Origin: Chrysomallon squamiferum
Lineage: Eukaryota > Animalia > Mollusca
Length of the DNA: 64,000 bases
NCBI GenBank assembly: GCA_012295275.1
Contig: CM022668.1
Coordinates: 10,416,001 to 10,480,000, forward strand
Direction: 5' to 3'
Part shown: piece after piece, positions 51,510 through 64,000 of the stretch
Position numbering within the stretch: the stretch's first letter is position 1
Layout of the letters: each line of letters begins with the position of its first letter
The notes under the pieces: model-generated
Database searches by the model: none
Seen by the model: the letters and a program-made list of their open reading frames with translations, nothing else
Told to the model about the DNA's origin: nothing
Program-made: the position numbers and the translations under genes

Positions 51510-52496
51510 TTCATGTGTGTTTTTGTGAGCCTCTAGGTATGAATGTCTGCCTGCATGTATGTATGTGTGTGTTTGTCTGTATGTCTTTATATACGTGTGT
51601 GACTCTGGATGTAAATGTATGTGTATATCTACGTACCAGTGTGAATGTATGTGTGTATGTCTGCCTACCTGTGTGTGTGATGGGGGAATGTTATTTTTAT
51701 TCCTTTTGTCTCTCTGACACAAACATAAAACTAGCTTCCAGCTATGATTGTCAAAACATATTTTTATCTTCACTATCAGAGGAGATTTTTTGATTCTTTC
51801 TTTTATTTTTATTTTCCCTTCGGCTACTAAGATCTAAGCGATATAAACAGACAGACATATATAATTCACCGTCACAGGTTTTAATTTCAAATATTGTAAT
51901 GTAACATACTTTATTAGAAATACGATGTCATATATGGCGTAATATGATCTGATATGGCATGGTTTGGTGTACTATAATTTTATATACAGATACAATACCG
52001 TATGATATCATGTGATACACTGCAAAATAAAATACTAGTATAATAATATAATGTAATGTAATGTAATGTAATGTAATACAATACAATACAGTACAGTACT
52101 GTACAGTACACTACAATACACTACCTTACAATACAATGTAATGCAATATAATATAATATAATACAATACAATACAACAAAACGTAACATAACATAACGTA
52201 ATGTAATGTATGTATATGGACGTGTCTAGAGATATATCTGTAACGTTATATAACGACATTGTCTAAATTTGATAGCGCATCTTCGTATGAAGCTGGTGTA
52301 AAATTAATTTATCTGCTTTCCACAATTCAGTGAATTCTTCGTCATCACTGCATGATTCATTCGGTGATTCATGTCTGCGACCTCTGAGAATTGATTCGGA
52401 ATCGTTTTATCCTGTAAGCAGAAATGTTTCAGCTTTAATGATTTAATGTGTATGGATCGTAATAATCATTATTATTATATTTTCAGAACGGGTAAC

Positions 52497-52607
52497 ATGT
52501 ACTGTAACGACTTAGTGGTTGTAGACGTTTTGGCAGGGATGCTGTGTTTGGCGAGTGTCACTAGTCTAAGTGTTGTCATAGAGTCGAAACCAGGCGACCA
52601 ACGTAAG

Positions 52608-52695
<88 letters not shown>

Positions 52696-52834
52696 TCTAT
52701 CTCTCTTTCTCTCTCTCTCTCTCTTTCTCTCTCTCTACCTCTCTATCTACCTCTCTTTCTCTCTCTCTATCCTCCCTTTCTCTCTCTCTGCCTCTCTCTC
52801 TCTCTCTCTTTCTCTCTCTACCTCTCTCTCTCTG

Positions 52835-52892
<58 letters not shown>

Positions 52893-53425
52893 CTTCATAC
52901 ACATCTTTTCACCTTTAGTTTTCGTTTTATCTCTTTTTATATTTTTACTTATTACATTTTCTCACAAATTCTGACTTTTAACGAATAGTTCATTCTTCAG
53001 TAGTCACGCGCACTCGCACACCCACCCCGTATTGTCCTACAACCCAAATACCCTTATTATTATGCTTATTATATCACCACCATCATCATCATCATCATAA
53101 TCAGTTGTAATTAATTTATTTTCAGTGATCACGTGCTACACGTGTGGTAACAAAACAAACAACAAAGAATGCAACCAGTGGGCGCCAGATATCACGTGTC
53201 CTATCAGTAAGTTATCACGTGTTTGTTTGTGTATTTATTTATTTCAGTTATATTGTTTATTTGTTTACTTACTATTTATTTATTTATTTATATATTTATT
53301 TATTTTTTTTTTGTTTATTTTTTTTTTTTTTTTTTTTTTTTTTTTGTTATTTATTTATTTATTCATTCATTCATTTATCTGTTTACTTACTATTTATTTA
53401 TTTGTATATTTAATTGTTTGTTTGT

Positions 53426-53462
<37 letters not shown>

Positions 53463-54886
53463 TTAATGATATATTTATTTTTATGTTTATTTATTTGTTT
53501 GTTTCTTTGTTTTTTTCTCAGTTTATTTCCATTCATATTTTTTGTTTTATTATTATTACACTTGCTGTTATAGCTACTCTTCTTCTTCATTTTTTTAGTG
53601 TTATTATTAATATCATCATAATCATCATCATAATTATTATGATTATTAATATTAATAGTATCGTTATTACTATTACTGTCAGTATTATCAGAGATTATTA
53701 TCATTACCTTTATTATTAATTATTATTATTATTACTATTCAGATCATACAGTATGTCAAACAGTACACAAGTTAAACACGCGAACAAGAAGCAGTATCTA
53801 CGTTGCTAAGCGATGTGTTGTTGCTAATGAATGTACAAATGAACACGTTGGTTGCCAGGATACGAGTGACCCGTGGGAGAAGGTAAGATTATTTGTTTAG
53901 TCTTTATAAGTGTGACGTCATTTAAACAGTTTAATCGAAACACTTAAATGTCATATTCTAGTTTATGAACATGAAGATGTTGAGTGTTAACCCATTTTTT
54001 TATTTTTTTTTTTTAACCCTTTGTTTTCTTTTAATTTATTATTATTATTATTATTATTATTATAGTTACTATTTATTTATTTATTGTGGGTTTTTTTATA
54101 TTTGTTGTATGGATAGTTTCTATAGTAAAGGTTTGTTAAGTTTGAATATATTCACCTTCTATTTCTTCTTTATATTTGGTGTTTTGAATTTATTAAATGG
54201 CGTAATGCTTTACTTTAATTTTTTCTCTATTAATTTTTTATTTTTTTTTTTTTAGCTAACTTTTCAAAATATGTTAAATTGTTTTTATTTTATTTTGTTT
54301 TCCTTTTATGTTTTTCTTCTCCTTTCTGTGCTTATGCCTTATCTCAAACATTTCTGACCTTATTGACGTAAAGGTGGACAACTCTATGACGAAATTAACA
54401 TAATTACCATTTTATGGGAAGTACAGATCTTTAGCTGGTGAATAATAAAAAGAAAATATTTAAAAAGGTGTAGGTTTATACCTAGATACAGCTAAAGCGT
54501 TTTGTTAAATGAATGCAAGCATTGGGTAATAGTGTATTAGTTTGCATTTTCAGCTTAAAAATGTAATGATAAAAATAACATCATAACGTCACGTAAAACG
54601 TTTTATTTTATTTATTTATTTATTTTTTATATTTATTTTTTTATTTTTATTTTTTATTTTTATTTTTTATTATTATTTTTTTTTTTTTCAGGTTTGTGTT
54701 TCGTGTTGTGACTCTCCTTATTGCAATATTGAAGTTCCTTACAACGCGACCTCTGCGATTTCGCTCTCTTCCGTGATCCCTCGGCAAGTATCGCGCTCGG
54801 AAGCTCTCGGGAGTCAAACTCTCCATTTCGTCATCTTCATGTCCGGTCACTGGCTGCTGCTGTCCTTCCTCGGGTGCACGGGGTGA
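52497..54886 (+). CDS. Ly6/uPAR protein, LYPD6/LYPD6B-like, copy 2; exons 52497-52602, 53126-53206, 53743-53882, 54692-54886; 173 aa
   Basis: Same exon lengths (106/81/140/195) and splice sites as copy 1, all cysteines retained, no stops; roughly nine amino-acid differences. Confidence 0.9.
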
Positions 54887-57411
54887 CCAGTAGAGCGGTC
54901 AAGACATTGCGACATACGCAGCTGACCGCGCGTTAACGATAAAGGTCAAGGTTAACGATAATTCAATGCTACAGGTGACTTAACTAAAGGATCATTTATT
55001 GAACAATGGTCTTCTGTTGTATACTGCATTACTAGGGAGCATGGAGCGTTCAACGATTGTATACAATACTTCTGGATCATTATCAGTTACGCTCTCGCAT
55101 GAAACTGTGAAGCGATGGTATAAGAATCACTATATTTATTGAAATTACGAAGATCGGTTGTTGCCAAAAAAACGTCACTGTGTATCAGTGTTACAAACGT
55201 AAAATGGATAATATATTTATTTAAAGTGGTGAAAGGATCATATTGTTATTATAATACGGCTGAAGATTTCTTATCGCCGAAAAACGTTGCATAGAGTAAC
55301 ACTTTTATACTTTTATATCATGTATTTGTTGTATGTACAATCACTTCCAAAGACTTTCCCATACGTAACAGTGATGAAAGGATGATATTATTATTATACA
55401 CACGGAGACTGGTTTTTAACTAAGTATTAACCAGAATAACAATGATATAGTCATAAAGTAATTATTCAGTTATTGTATGTTCGATCATTACCAGCAATGT
55501 TTCATAATAAATGGATCAGATAATTTATTTCATGTACAAATTTATAATATTCCCTAGTTACATTGGCAAAATGGATCATAAAACTATAGTACGTAAGACT
55601 ACTAGAATGTTCCACAATAAAACATGTGTTTCTGTTTTACAGTTATGTGGATAATATTAAAATAAATGTTATAATGTCTGGTGGATCATTACCAGGAATT
55701 TTCCATTCCATAACACGGATCTGTTCTGCAATGGTAAACAGATCATGCATTGATATCATGAATGTGGATCGTTACCAGGAAGGTATGTCTATAAAAAGCA
55801 TGGTATCTGATTGCTACCAGGAAAAAATATATCCATAAAGCATATGACAGCAGATAATAACCAAGATCACATATATATCTTATAACACAAGATCCTGGAT
55901 CATTATCAGGATGACATTTTTGTAACATGTATGATATTGGATAATTACAAGGATTCTATATTTACAAGTACATACCGGATCATGTATGTATAACAAATAC
56001 AAAAATGGATCTTAAGCAGGATCATATTATAACATATATGATATTGGATCTTTAGCAGGATTATTTTATAACACATGCGACATCAGATCGTTAAGAAGGA
56101 TAATATATTTATGAAAGGTGTGATATTTGATTATCAGTATTTCACAGAAAACCAATGTTTATTACTATGACTGGAATGACATCATACTTCTATTAATATT
56201 ATCATATACATGGATTTCACATCATTACCAGTAATGCTTTTAAAAACATAATTCTATATGTTTGGTACTGGTCATCTTTCAGATCTTTAACTAACAGTAA
56301 GAGGGTACTGGGACTAATTAACACAGTTAAGATCAACACAGTTACTTCGAATACAACAGAGTCTGATAACATGAGTGATGGATCTGTATTATTATTTATA
56401 TATCTAAATTATGGTCTTTATCTACAATTTATTCTCTGCAAAAACCACTGTTGATTTTTATTTAGTAAAATGTCATTACAGATTTAGATGTTTGACAGAT
56501 ACGAGAGATCAGTTAAACATTTAATACATATATAACTTTCAGTCTACAATACAAATTCAAGATGTTAAGTGTCTCAATCAGTGAAGAACTATGACCAGGC
56601 TTCTCCTTGTTAACACAATCATATATAGTGCAAAAATATATCAGTTTGCTTTTCTTTTTTAATGAAGTCAGTAGACTTGAATAATAACGTAATTATTAAC
56701 TAAACAATGAAATATTTGTATTTATTTATTTATTTATTGATTTATTATTATTTTTTTTTTTATTGATTTTTATATTTCTTAAATCTTTTAATTTTTTAAA
56801 AAATTTTAGTAATTTTTATAGTTATTTTCAGCCTCAATAGTGAAACTGGAGAATTATTATTTTATAATTATTTTTTTATCACCATCACTGTCATAATTAT
56901 CATCATCTTCACGATCATCACTATCATTACTGTTATTATTCTGATGTGAATTTATTGTCTTTGACAAATGCTTTGTTCCTGATTAGTTTGTGTTGTGCTT
57001 AAAAGCTGAACTCGTAAATTATTTCATTTGCTGTAGTAAAAAAAGAGACTAGAAATCGTATTTATTTGCAGAGTTTATTTTATTTTATTTAACAATGAGA
57101 TTAACTAACAAATCATTTTATTATTAGTCATATTTATTAAGTCAAACCTTTTGCTTAATGTTGTCCATAATGTGACATTGATCTGATCTTAAGTCAGACA
57201 TTTAGAACTGTTATTAATTAAGGAATTCACTTAGAGGTTGTATCCCGACATTTTCATTTAACTGTTTTCAGAGTCTGATATTTCCTCAAAAGGTGAACCA
57301 ATTTTTGTAATGTTGGTGTTGCTGGATATTAGGAGACCATATCTGAAATTTATCATTGTACAAATATCTTCCTAGTATTACATTACGAATTGGTGTTATA
57401 CTGTTTTGTAG

Positions 57412-58953
57412 ATGCTTCGCAAACACAACGCTATCGTGCACAAAATAACAGACAGACACTTCTGATGTGAATGATTCAAAACAGAATCTATAAAACGAAA
57501 GAGAAACTGGAGCACCACTGACTTCAACGAAGTAGATGATTATGTCACACGTGATGTTAGAAAGTCAGTATGTGATGACGACCTGCGTCACGATGTAGAT
57601 AAAATAGATGATGTTCACAAAGATGAAGTTCCCACGGCTGAAGTTGACACTGATGATGTTGATAAGAGTGATGTTCATTTGGATGAAGAAGACATAGATG
57701 ATCTTTATAACAGTGATATTCATTTCGATGAAGCTGACATAGATGATTTTTATAACAGTGTTGTTCATTTGGATGAAGTAGACATAGATGATCTTTATAA
57801 CAGTGATGTTGATTTGGATGAAGCTGACATAGATGATCTTTATAACAGTGATATTCATTTCGATGAAGTTGATATAGATGAAGTTTACATTGATAATGAA
57901 CTTCAGATCACTGACTCCATTAACGAACCACCAGAAACAGGTCATAACGGACTTCAGAGCAGTGGACTCAGAGATAATGGACTTGAGATTACAAACTCTA
58001 CCCACCAGCCAACAAGAAAACTTCGTGAGGATTACACTGTTCAGAACTCTGGTTTCATCCAACGATCATCATCAGCAGTGAAACCTGACCAAGTAAATGT
58101 TCCTGCTCCTATTCCACAAGTAATGATGGGACAACAGTTAGCCAGATTGCTTGATTCAGGTATGTACTGCTTGACTGTGATACAGATACAACACTTGATA
58201 TGTCGTCAGCTAACACTGCGAGTCATGCCGTAAGTTTATGTCTTAATTATATCTGTCACCACCAGTCTGAATTTAAGAACTTATGCTGCTTATACATTCT
58301 TTTGTGTGTGTTTGTGTGTGTGTTTGTGTGCATGTGTATGAATGTGTGTGTGTGTGTGAGTGTATAGGTAGCTAGTTAAGCAGATATATATGTATGTGTG
58401 TCTGTATCTGTGTACGTATGTGTATAGATGTTTAAAAATGGATGAATAAAAGCAATACGGAACTACATAAATAGAAACATATTAACAATGTATTTATTGT
58501 CTAACCTTTGAAATACTGCTGCTGTACCTTTCTCTCTTTACCTGCGACTTTCTGGATTGTTCAGTTATTATCTGGCTAATATAATACGGGCTTTTATCCC
58601 TTTCGTTATGAATTAACATTTAAAAAGACACCTTACATCTAAGTCTGAAAAGCATTTTTTAATGGTTCATTCCATCATTCATTCCTTATTCATTCATTCA
58701 GACTTTCTCTGATTATTGTAGGCAGTATGTCAGTGGAACAGCATTCAAGAAGGGATATGATATGTATCTTTTCAGGCTTGAACGAAAACATGACAGATGG
58801 GTGCATTAGTCAAGAAGAAATAAGAAAATCAGGATTAAAAGTAAATGGTGGTTTTATTTTTGAAAATAAAATAAAATCAATAAAGTAATCGATGGAAAAG
58901 CAAATTGAAGAATAAAGGACTTTTTAAATAGAACCTTAAAATGCGATATTTTA

Positions 58954-58994
<41 letters not shown>

Positions 58995-61842
58995 CAACAA
59001 TAATAATAATAATAATAATAATAATAATTATGACAATAATGACAGTAACAACAGAATCAATAATACTAATAATATTTATTATAATTAGTATTGTTGTTTT
59101 TGTTCTTGTTATTCTTCAAATGCTGCTGTTAACCATAGTAAAATATGTAGTCATTAGACCTAATGCTTGAAATATTTAGCCGAAGATGGTCCTAATGACT
59201 AAAATATCCAGGTAGAAAGACAAAGACACAGGCATATATATATATATATATATATCAGTTTTTGTTACGGTTCTTGTTATTAATCATAGTAATAATAATA
59301 TATATTTCTGTCTGCCTGTATCTTTGTCTTTCTCTCTGTTTCGTTATATGTTAGAAATAACCATTTAAATAATATTTATACTTCTCTGCAGAAAAGGAAA
59401 GAGAAAAATTCTCCAACATGAAACGTGAGTATATGGATTATTTTAGTGTTAATGGTGTCACGTCAGCTTGTATGTAGAAGACACTAACTCAGTATTAAAA
59501 ACGAAATGAAATTAAGGTGTTAAAAGAATACCGAAACATTTCTTTATGCTCTTTTAATAAGGTACGTCGATATCGTCACTCCGTGACAAATCATAACAAA
59601 GAAAGGAAAAATGCAATCAAAGTCTCAGAAAATTGTTATTAGTATCTGGTTAGAAACACTGATATTTGACTTCATTCTACATGCTCTCGAGAAATAACTC
59701 AGTATTTAGTTATATAATAACAACATTTCCCATGCCTTGTGAATTCGTATTGATAAAATCAATTATAGATTGACCGATTGTTTGCTGAGCTATCGTCATT
59801 CAATTCTTGGTGACACAGCTCATTTTCGTCAAAACTGTGAGAACTGATAGAACTATGTATCGAAATTAGCCCGTCAGATCATGCTAAAAGTGGATAACGT
59901 TTATAACTCCTATATACACTAAATATAAATGTTAAGCTAAATCAGAGTTGATGTTTCATTAACTATGATCATTCTCAGTTAAACTTCTGTTCAAGCAGAA
60001 GCCGAGAGAAAAGGTGATTCTTTTTACTGATGACGTTTTTGGTAAGTGCAACCTGGTGTCCGAGTTTCAGCAAGAATGGGAAATGAAATTTGAAACTGTT
60101 GGTCTTTTGTTGAGTCTGGATTCATGAAGGTGATAATTCAGGACACAGATATTTTCAGAGTGTCAGCAAAGTCTTCGTGCTTTTGACATCTTCAACAAGC
60201 AACTTTTTATTGACCTGCATGGTGAAGATACGCATCTGACGTTTGAGGAGAAGAGAAAAATTCTGGACAGACACCTAAATTTTAGCGGAGTACACATGAA
60301 AGAAGAAGAAAAAATGAAGCAGTACGGGAAACATTTCAAGAACTTGGTTTACCGCACTGCTGTAATTTTTTAATCAGCTCAGAGAACTCACAGAAGCGTG
60401 GAGTGGAATTCTTTAAAAAGCCTGTAGTACCTGGTACTGCTCACTGTGTTGTTCAAGAAGGGAACGTTTCTCTAGGGCAGATGAAAGCTTCGGCCAACTC
60501 TCACGTTAAGAGCTGAGCAGACATATGTAGTCAGGATATTCATGGCTCCTCTCTATTGTCCAGAGCTGTCATAAATAACAACATAGAAAAAGCGAAATTA
60601 CTCATCAGAAAAACCCCACAAAATAACATGGCTGATGACAGAGGATGGAAGTCTGTGTCAGTCGCTGCAACGAATGGGACGTATACTCTTCTCAAAGTTG
60701 TAAATGAAGCTGGAGTCAGTGTCAACTACCATGACCTAAAAGGCTAACAGCTTTACATGTAGCTACAATTAACAAACACGCGGATACCTTATCAAGATTA
60801 TTGGAACCAAAGGCGGATCCTTATCTGAGAGACAATAATGAACGCACTTACTTGCATACTGCAACTCTGTATACAAATGTGACTTCAGGTACTACAACAC
60901 AATGTCGTGAATCCAGATTGCGTGGATTCTAACAGTCAAACAGCTCTGTACAAAGCAATCATTTTAGGATTGGAAAAAAATATTGAGCTATTTTTGAACA
61001 AAAGCAGTTCACCTAAATGGAGAGAGAAAACAGGATTGACTCTATAAAACCTGACAGCACTGGTCGGTAAACTGCAGCTGATTGATGTTATTCTCAAGGC
61101 AGGTGAAAATATTAACTGTGAAGGCGAGGACCTGACTCCGCTCATCATTGCCTGCTCAGTTGGGAAACAAGACGTTGTCGATTTTCTGCTGGACAAAGGC
61201 GCTGACCTGAACTGCGGAGACGGTGAAGTGACAGCATTGCATGCTGTGGCATCGTCTCATCACACTGAAATTTTACAAAGTGTTAAACTTCAGGGTCGGG
61301 AAACAGTCCTCTTCATTAGTCAGTTGGCGTCACCCCACAGGAAACGGCTGGATATAGTGATGATTTTGTTAACATGTTAATGAGGTCAGACGGTAAATCT
61401 AGCTCCATGATCAAAACCCTGTTAAGTATATTTCACAAGAACGAGAGACTGACAATCAAATGTTTGACCAAGCAAGTCTAATTTGTAACATAGTCGACTT
61501 CCTCCTTGAAATGGATGCTGCGTTAACCTTCGTAACAAAGCCGGAAATACAGCAGCACATGTGTGTGCAGAATACAACCAGCTAGAACATCTGAAAATGT
61601 TGTTAAAGAAAGGTGTTGATGTAATCATTCTAAACAACGACGACAACTCCGTTCTCCACGAAGCAGTAGAGAGGGCCTAGGTGGATACTGTGGATTTTCT
61701 GTTGGGTGCTGGTGTAGTTGATGTAGCAAACGCTGCAGGAATTACCGCTCGTTATCTGGCCAGCATTAAAATAAACTCTTCTGACGATGAAAACGATCAG
61801 ACAGCTTACACACAAATACTTTCTATATTTGAATCTAAATGA
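57412..61842 (+). pseudogene. STAND-ankyrin pseudogene, copy C; exon remnants 57412-58159, 58722-58840, 59392-59424, ~59970-61842
   Basis: Homologous to copies A and B but with a 4-bp duplication in exon A, a 119-bp exon B, loss of the last acceptor and Walker A, a ~2.1-kb internal deletion at ~60500, and many stops and frameshifts; ends SIFESK*. Confidence 0.92.
57670..57890 (+). repeat. 45-bp (15-codon) coding-frame tandem repeat, acidic DVHLDEADIDDLYNS x ~5
   Basis: ORF 57679-58233 shows the period; preceded by more degenerate Asp-rich units from ~57573; absent from copy B exon A. Confidence 0.88.
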
Positions 61843-61974
61843 AAGCTGCATTATCAAATGCTGTACGGAAATACTAACTTTTACACAAATGCGCTCTATT
61901 TTTGATTCTAAATAAAAACATTTCTTTAAAATAGCATGCAAGCCGATTAAATCACTGAATCCACAAAGATATTC

Positions 61975-62712
61975 AATTATCTACATTCTTTCAGTTTCAT
62001 CTTTAGTTTTAACTTTCATTGTCATTGTCGTGTTAAAAATACAAAGCTTCTCTATTGACAAAATTAAACAGGTGACGATACAATTTTTTTTTTATTTTTA
62101 ACAAATTCAGAATTAAAAAAGAAAATATTTAATATGTTAAAAACAGTTCCAAAATTTTTATATTGTTTCTAATTTTGTTATTTTTATATAATCACCATTA
62201 TAGTTATAATTATCATCATCATCATTATTTTATTATCATTATTGTGTGATGGTTACTATTATCAAAATCTACATAAATAAACTAATAAAACTGAATTATT
62301 TACAAGGGGAAATAATCTGTGAAAAAAACTAGATCAAAGTTTGAGACATGCTCATAAACAGTTATGTTTTCTTCCAGCACACAAGCTGATCAAACCATTC
62401 AGTTTCATCTTTAGATTTGTCTTTCATTTCTTGGCAAAAATACCGAGTTTCTCCGTTCATAAAACTAAAATATTACAAATAAAAAGAATAATTATAATTT
62501 TTTGACAAATTAAAAAATATAATGATTTATTTTAACACTTATTATGTTAAAAACAGTTCTAAAAAAATTATATTTTTTCTAATTTTATTATTGTTATATA
62601 ATCATGATTATCGTTATAATAATCACAATCATCATTATTTTCATTATAATTACTACAATGATAGTTATTATTATTATTATTATTATAATCGTCATCATTA
62701 GAAGTATCATCA
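61975..62712. repeat. Remnants of the large repeat family, interrupted by the Academ-like element
   Basis: TTTCAGTTTCATCTTTAG..., GGGGAAATAATCTGTG; 62400-62712 aligns with ~35775-36130. Confidence 0.8.
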
Positions 62713-64000
62713 TAGTCCGGTGGCAAGGACCGATAAGCGTGTATTGCGGCCCGTACAAAGTTTTGTTGCTGTTTCTATACCTCCGAGATGTGCTCTTTAA
62801 GAATCTGAATGATCCCACTCTGTCATCCTTGGGCAATCCGCACAATATGCAAATTAAGGCTGCCATTACTGAAAATCTTGTTTTCGTCAATATCTCAGTA
62901 ACTATGCATGGTATCAAAACAATTTTGGTGTCTATACACATGTTTTTAGGGGCAAAGAATCTGATTATACCATTACAGTACTGATCACACCAATATTTTC
63001 CGCAAAATATGCAAAAATCAACTTCAGTGTATATCCGAGTCGTTACAGAACATCCCCTGTTGCATGTTGCCATTACTGATTTGACTCAGTCCTCAAACAA
63101 GTCACTTTCAACAACATTGTCACAGTCATCAACCCGTCGGGTGTGCGCCCGCTTTACGTTCTCTTCGAATGCCTCTTTAGAAGGTGGAAGTGACTTAAGC
63201 TCTGGAGCCTTTGTCAGATTTGTTCTACCCATCCTTCGCGACCAGACTTCTCCACGGACCTCAGACATGTTCGATGTCACCAAGCTTTTGACCCCGTAGC
63301 AGGCAGCCATGAATGTTGTCGCTTCTTCAATGATGTCACCTATGTTCTCAGATAATACGCCCAATTTGAGCAGTTCTACACCACTCTTAAGGACTTTGAT
63401 GACGGTGCTTTTTCCTACTCCGAAGCACTGAGCCACAGTGTCGCAGCCTGAGAGGGCATGGGCGGCTGGCAGTTGTGAAAGCAAGTGTCCATGTTCACTT
63501 GCAGTTGCCCCAATGTCTATAGTAGTTCGATCAGCACTTGGTCCTTCCACTGTAAGACGACAGGTCAGGTTCAACTTTGCGTAGAAGTGCAGCAGCAGGA
63601 CAAAAACGTCTGTGTCCTCACATACGATGTTGATTCTTTTCACGCCACTTTCAGCTGCCTTAACCATCTGCTGTATGATTATTACATCCGCTTCTTTATG
63701 GCAAGTCATGAGATCTTCCCTACGGAAGACAATGCCATCCTGAATTACAACTGGTACAGAGTCAGTAGAGGTAATGACCAGTCTGTGTTCATTCCGCTCG
63801 TCCTGTGCTTTCTGGATCAAATTCTGACATATGAGATCTATGACCTGTACCTTATTCTCAGTTACTGTAAGGACAACGTTCTGGGGTGGCAATGGAGTAT
63901 GTAACTGCAGTTTGTGTCGTCGGTTCGCTTCGTCACCAGCTCGAGCTGCCCGCGTTCTACTTTTAATGCTGAAGTCGAAGTAGCGATCAGAGATCAGGTT
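62713..64000 (-). mobile_element. AcademX-like DNA transposon, 3' end with XPG-like nuclease ORF (open from window edge 64000 to 63086)
   Basis: LISDRYFDFSIKSRTR, HKEADVIII, IVCEDTDVFVLLLHF, AHALSGCDTVAQCFGVGKST, LPPSKEAFEENVKRAH. Homology to the host repeat stops at AGTATCATCA|TAGTCCGG, giving a TAG terminus as reported for Academ. Family assignment rests on recalled motifs, not a search. Confidence 0.75.

Noticed and set aside
62594-63073. 159-aa minus ORF and 126-aa plus ORF
   Set aside because: They span the transposon's non-coding end and an (ATT)n tract; the homologous region at 34700-34940 has stops.

Overview
AT-rich animal genomic DNA with spliceosomal introns, many microsatellites and one 200-N scaffold gap. 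Gene content suggests an invertebrate, probably a mollusc (inference). The core is a ~22.6-kb tandem segmental duplication. Each unit carries (i) a multi-exon gene for an NLR-like STAND P-loop NTPase (nSTAND3-type motifs) fused to ~20 C-terminal ankyrin repeats and (ii) an intact four-exon LYPD6-like Ly6/uPAR three-finger gene. STAND-ANK copy A (16.5-21.95 kb) has one +1 frameshift. Copy B (38.1-44.7 kb) is open for ~1396 aa but loses its last ankyrin repeats to frameshifts. Copy C (57.4-61.8 kb) is a heavily deleted pseudogene. The copies differ by whole ankyrin modules and by their N-terminal exons. Other structure: a 15.5-kb higher-order tandem repeat (4.6-kb units built from ~1.3-1.9-kb monomers) whose remnants precede each STAND copy; a 69-bp minisatellite seeded on the STAND stop codon; a 1.7-kb open zinc-finger-bearing ORF inserted into that minisatellite in copy B only; two inverted AcademX-like (XPG nuclease) transposon fragments, one at the duplication breakpoint; reciprocal deletions of putative regulatory DNA upstream of the two LYPD6-like genes. 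No rRNA, tRNA or CRISPR was seen. All alignments were done by eye and no database searches were run.
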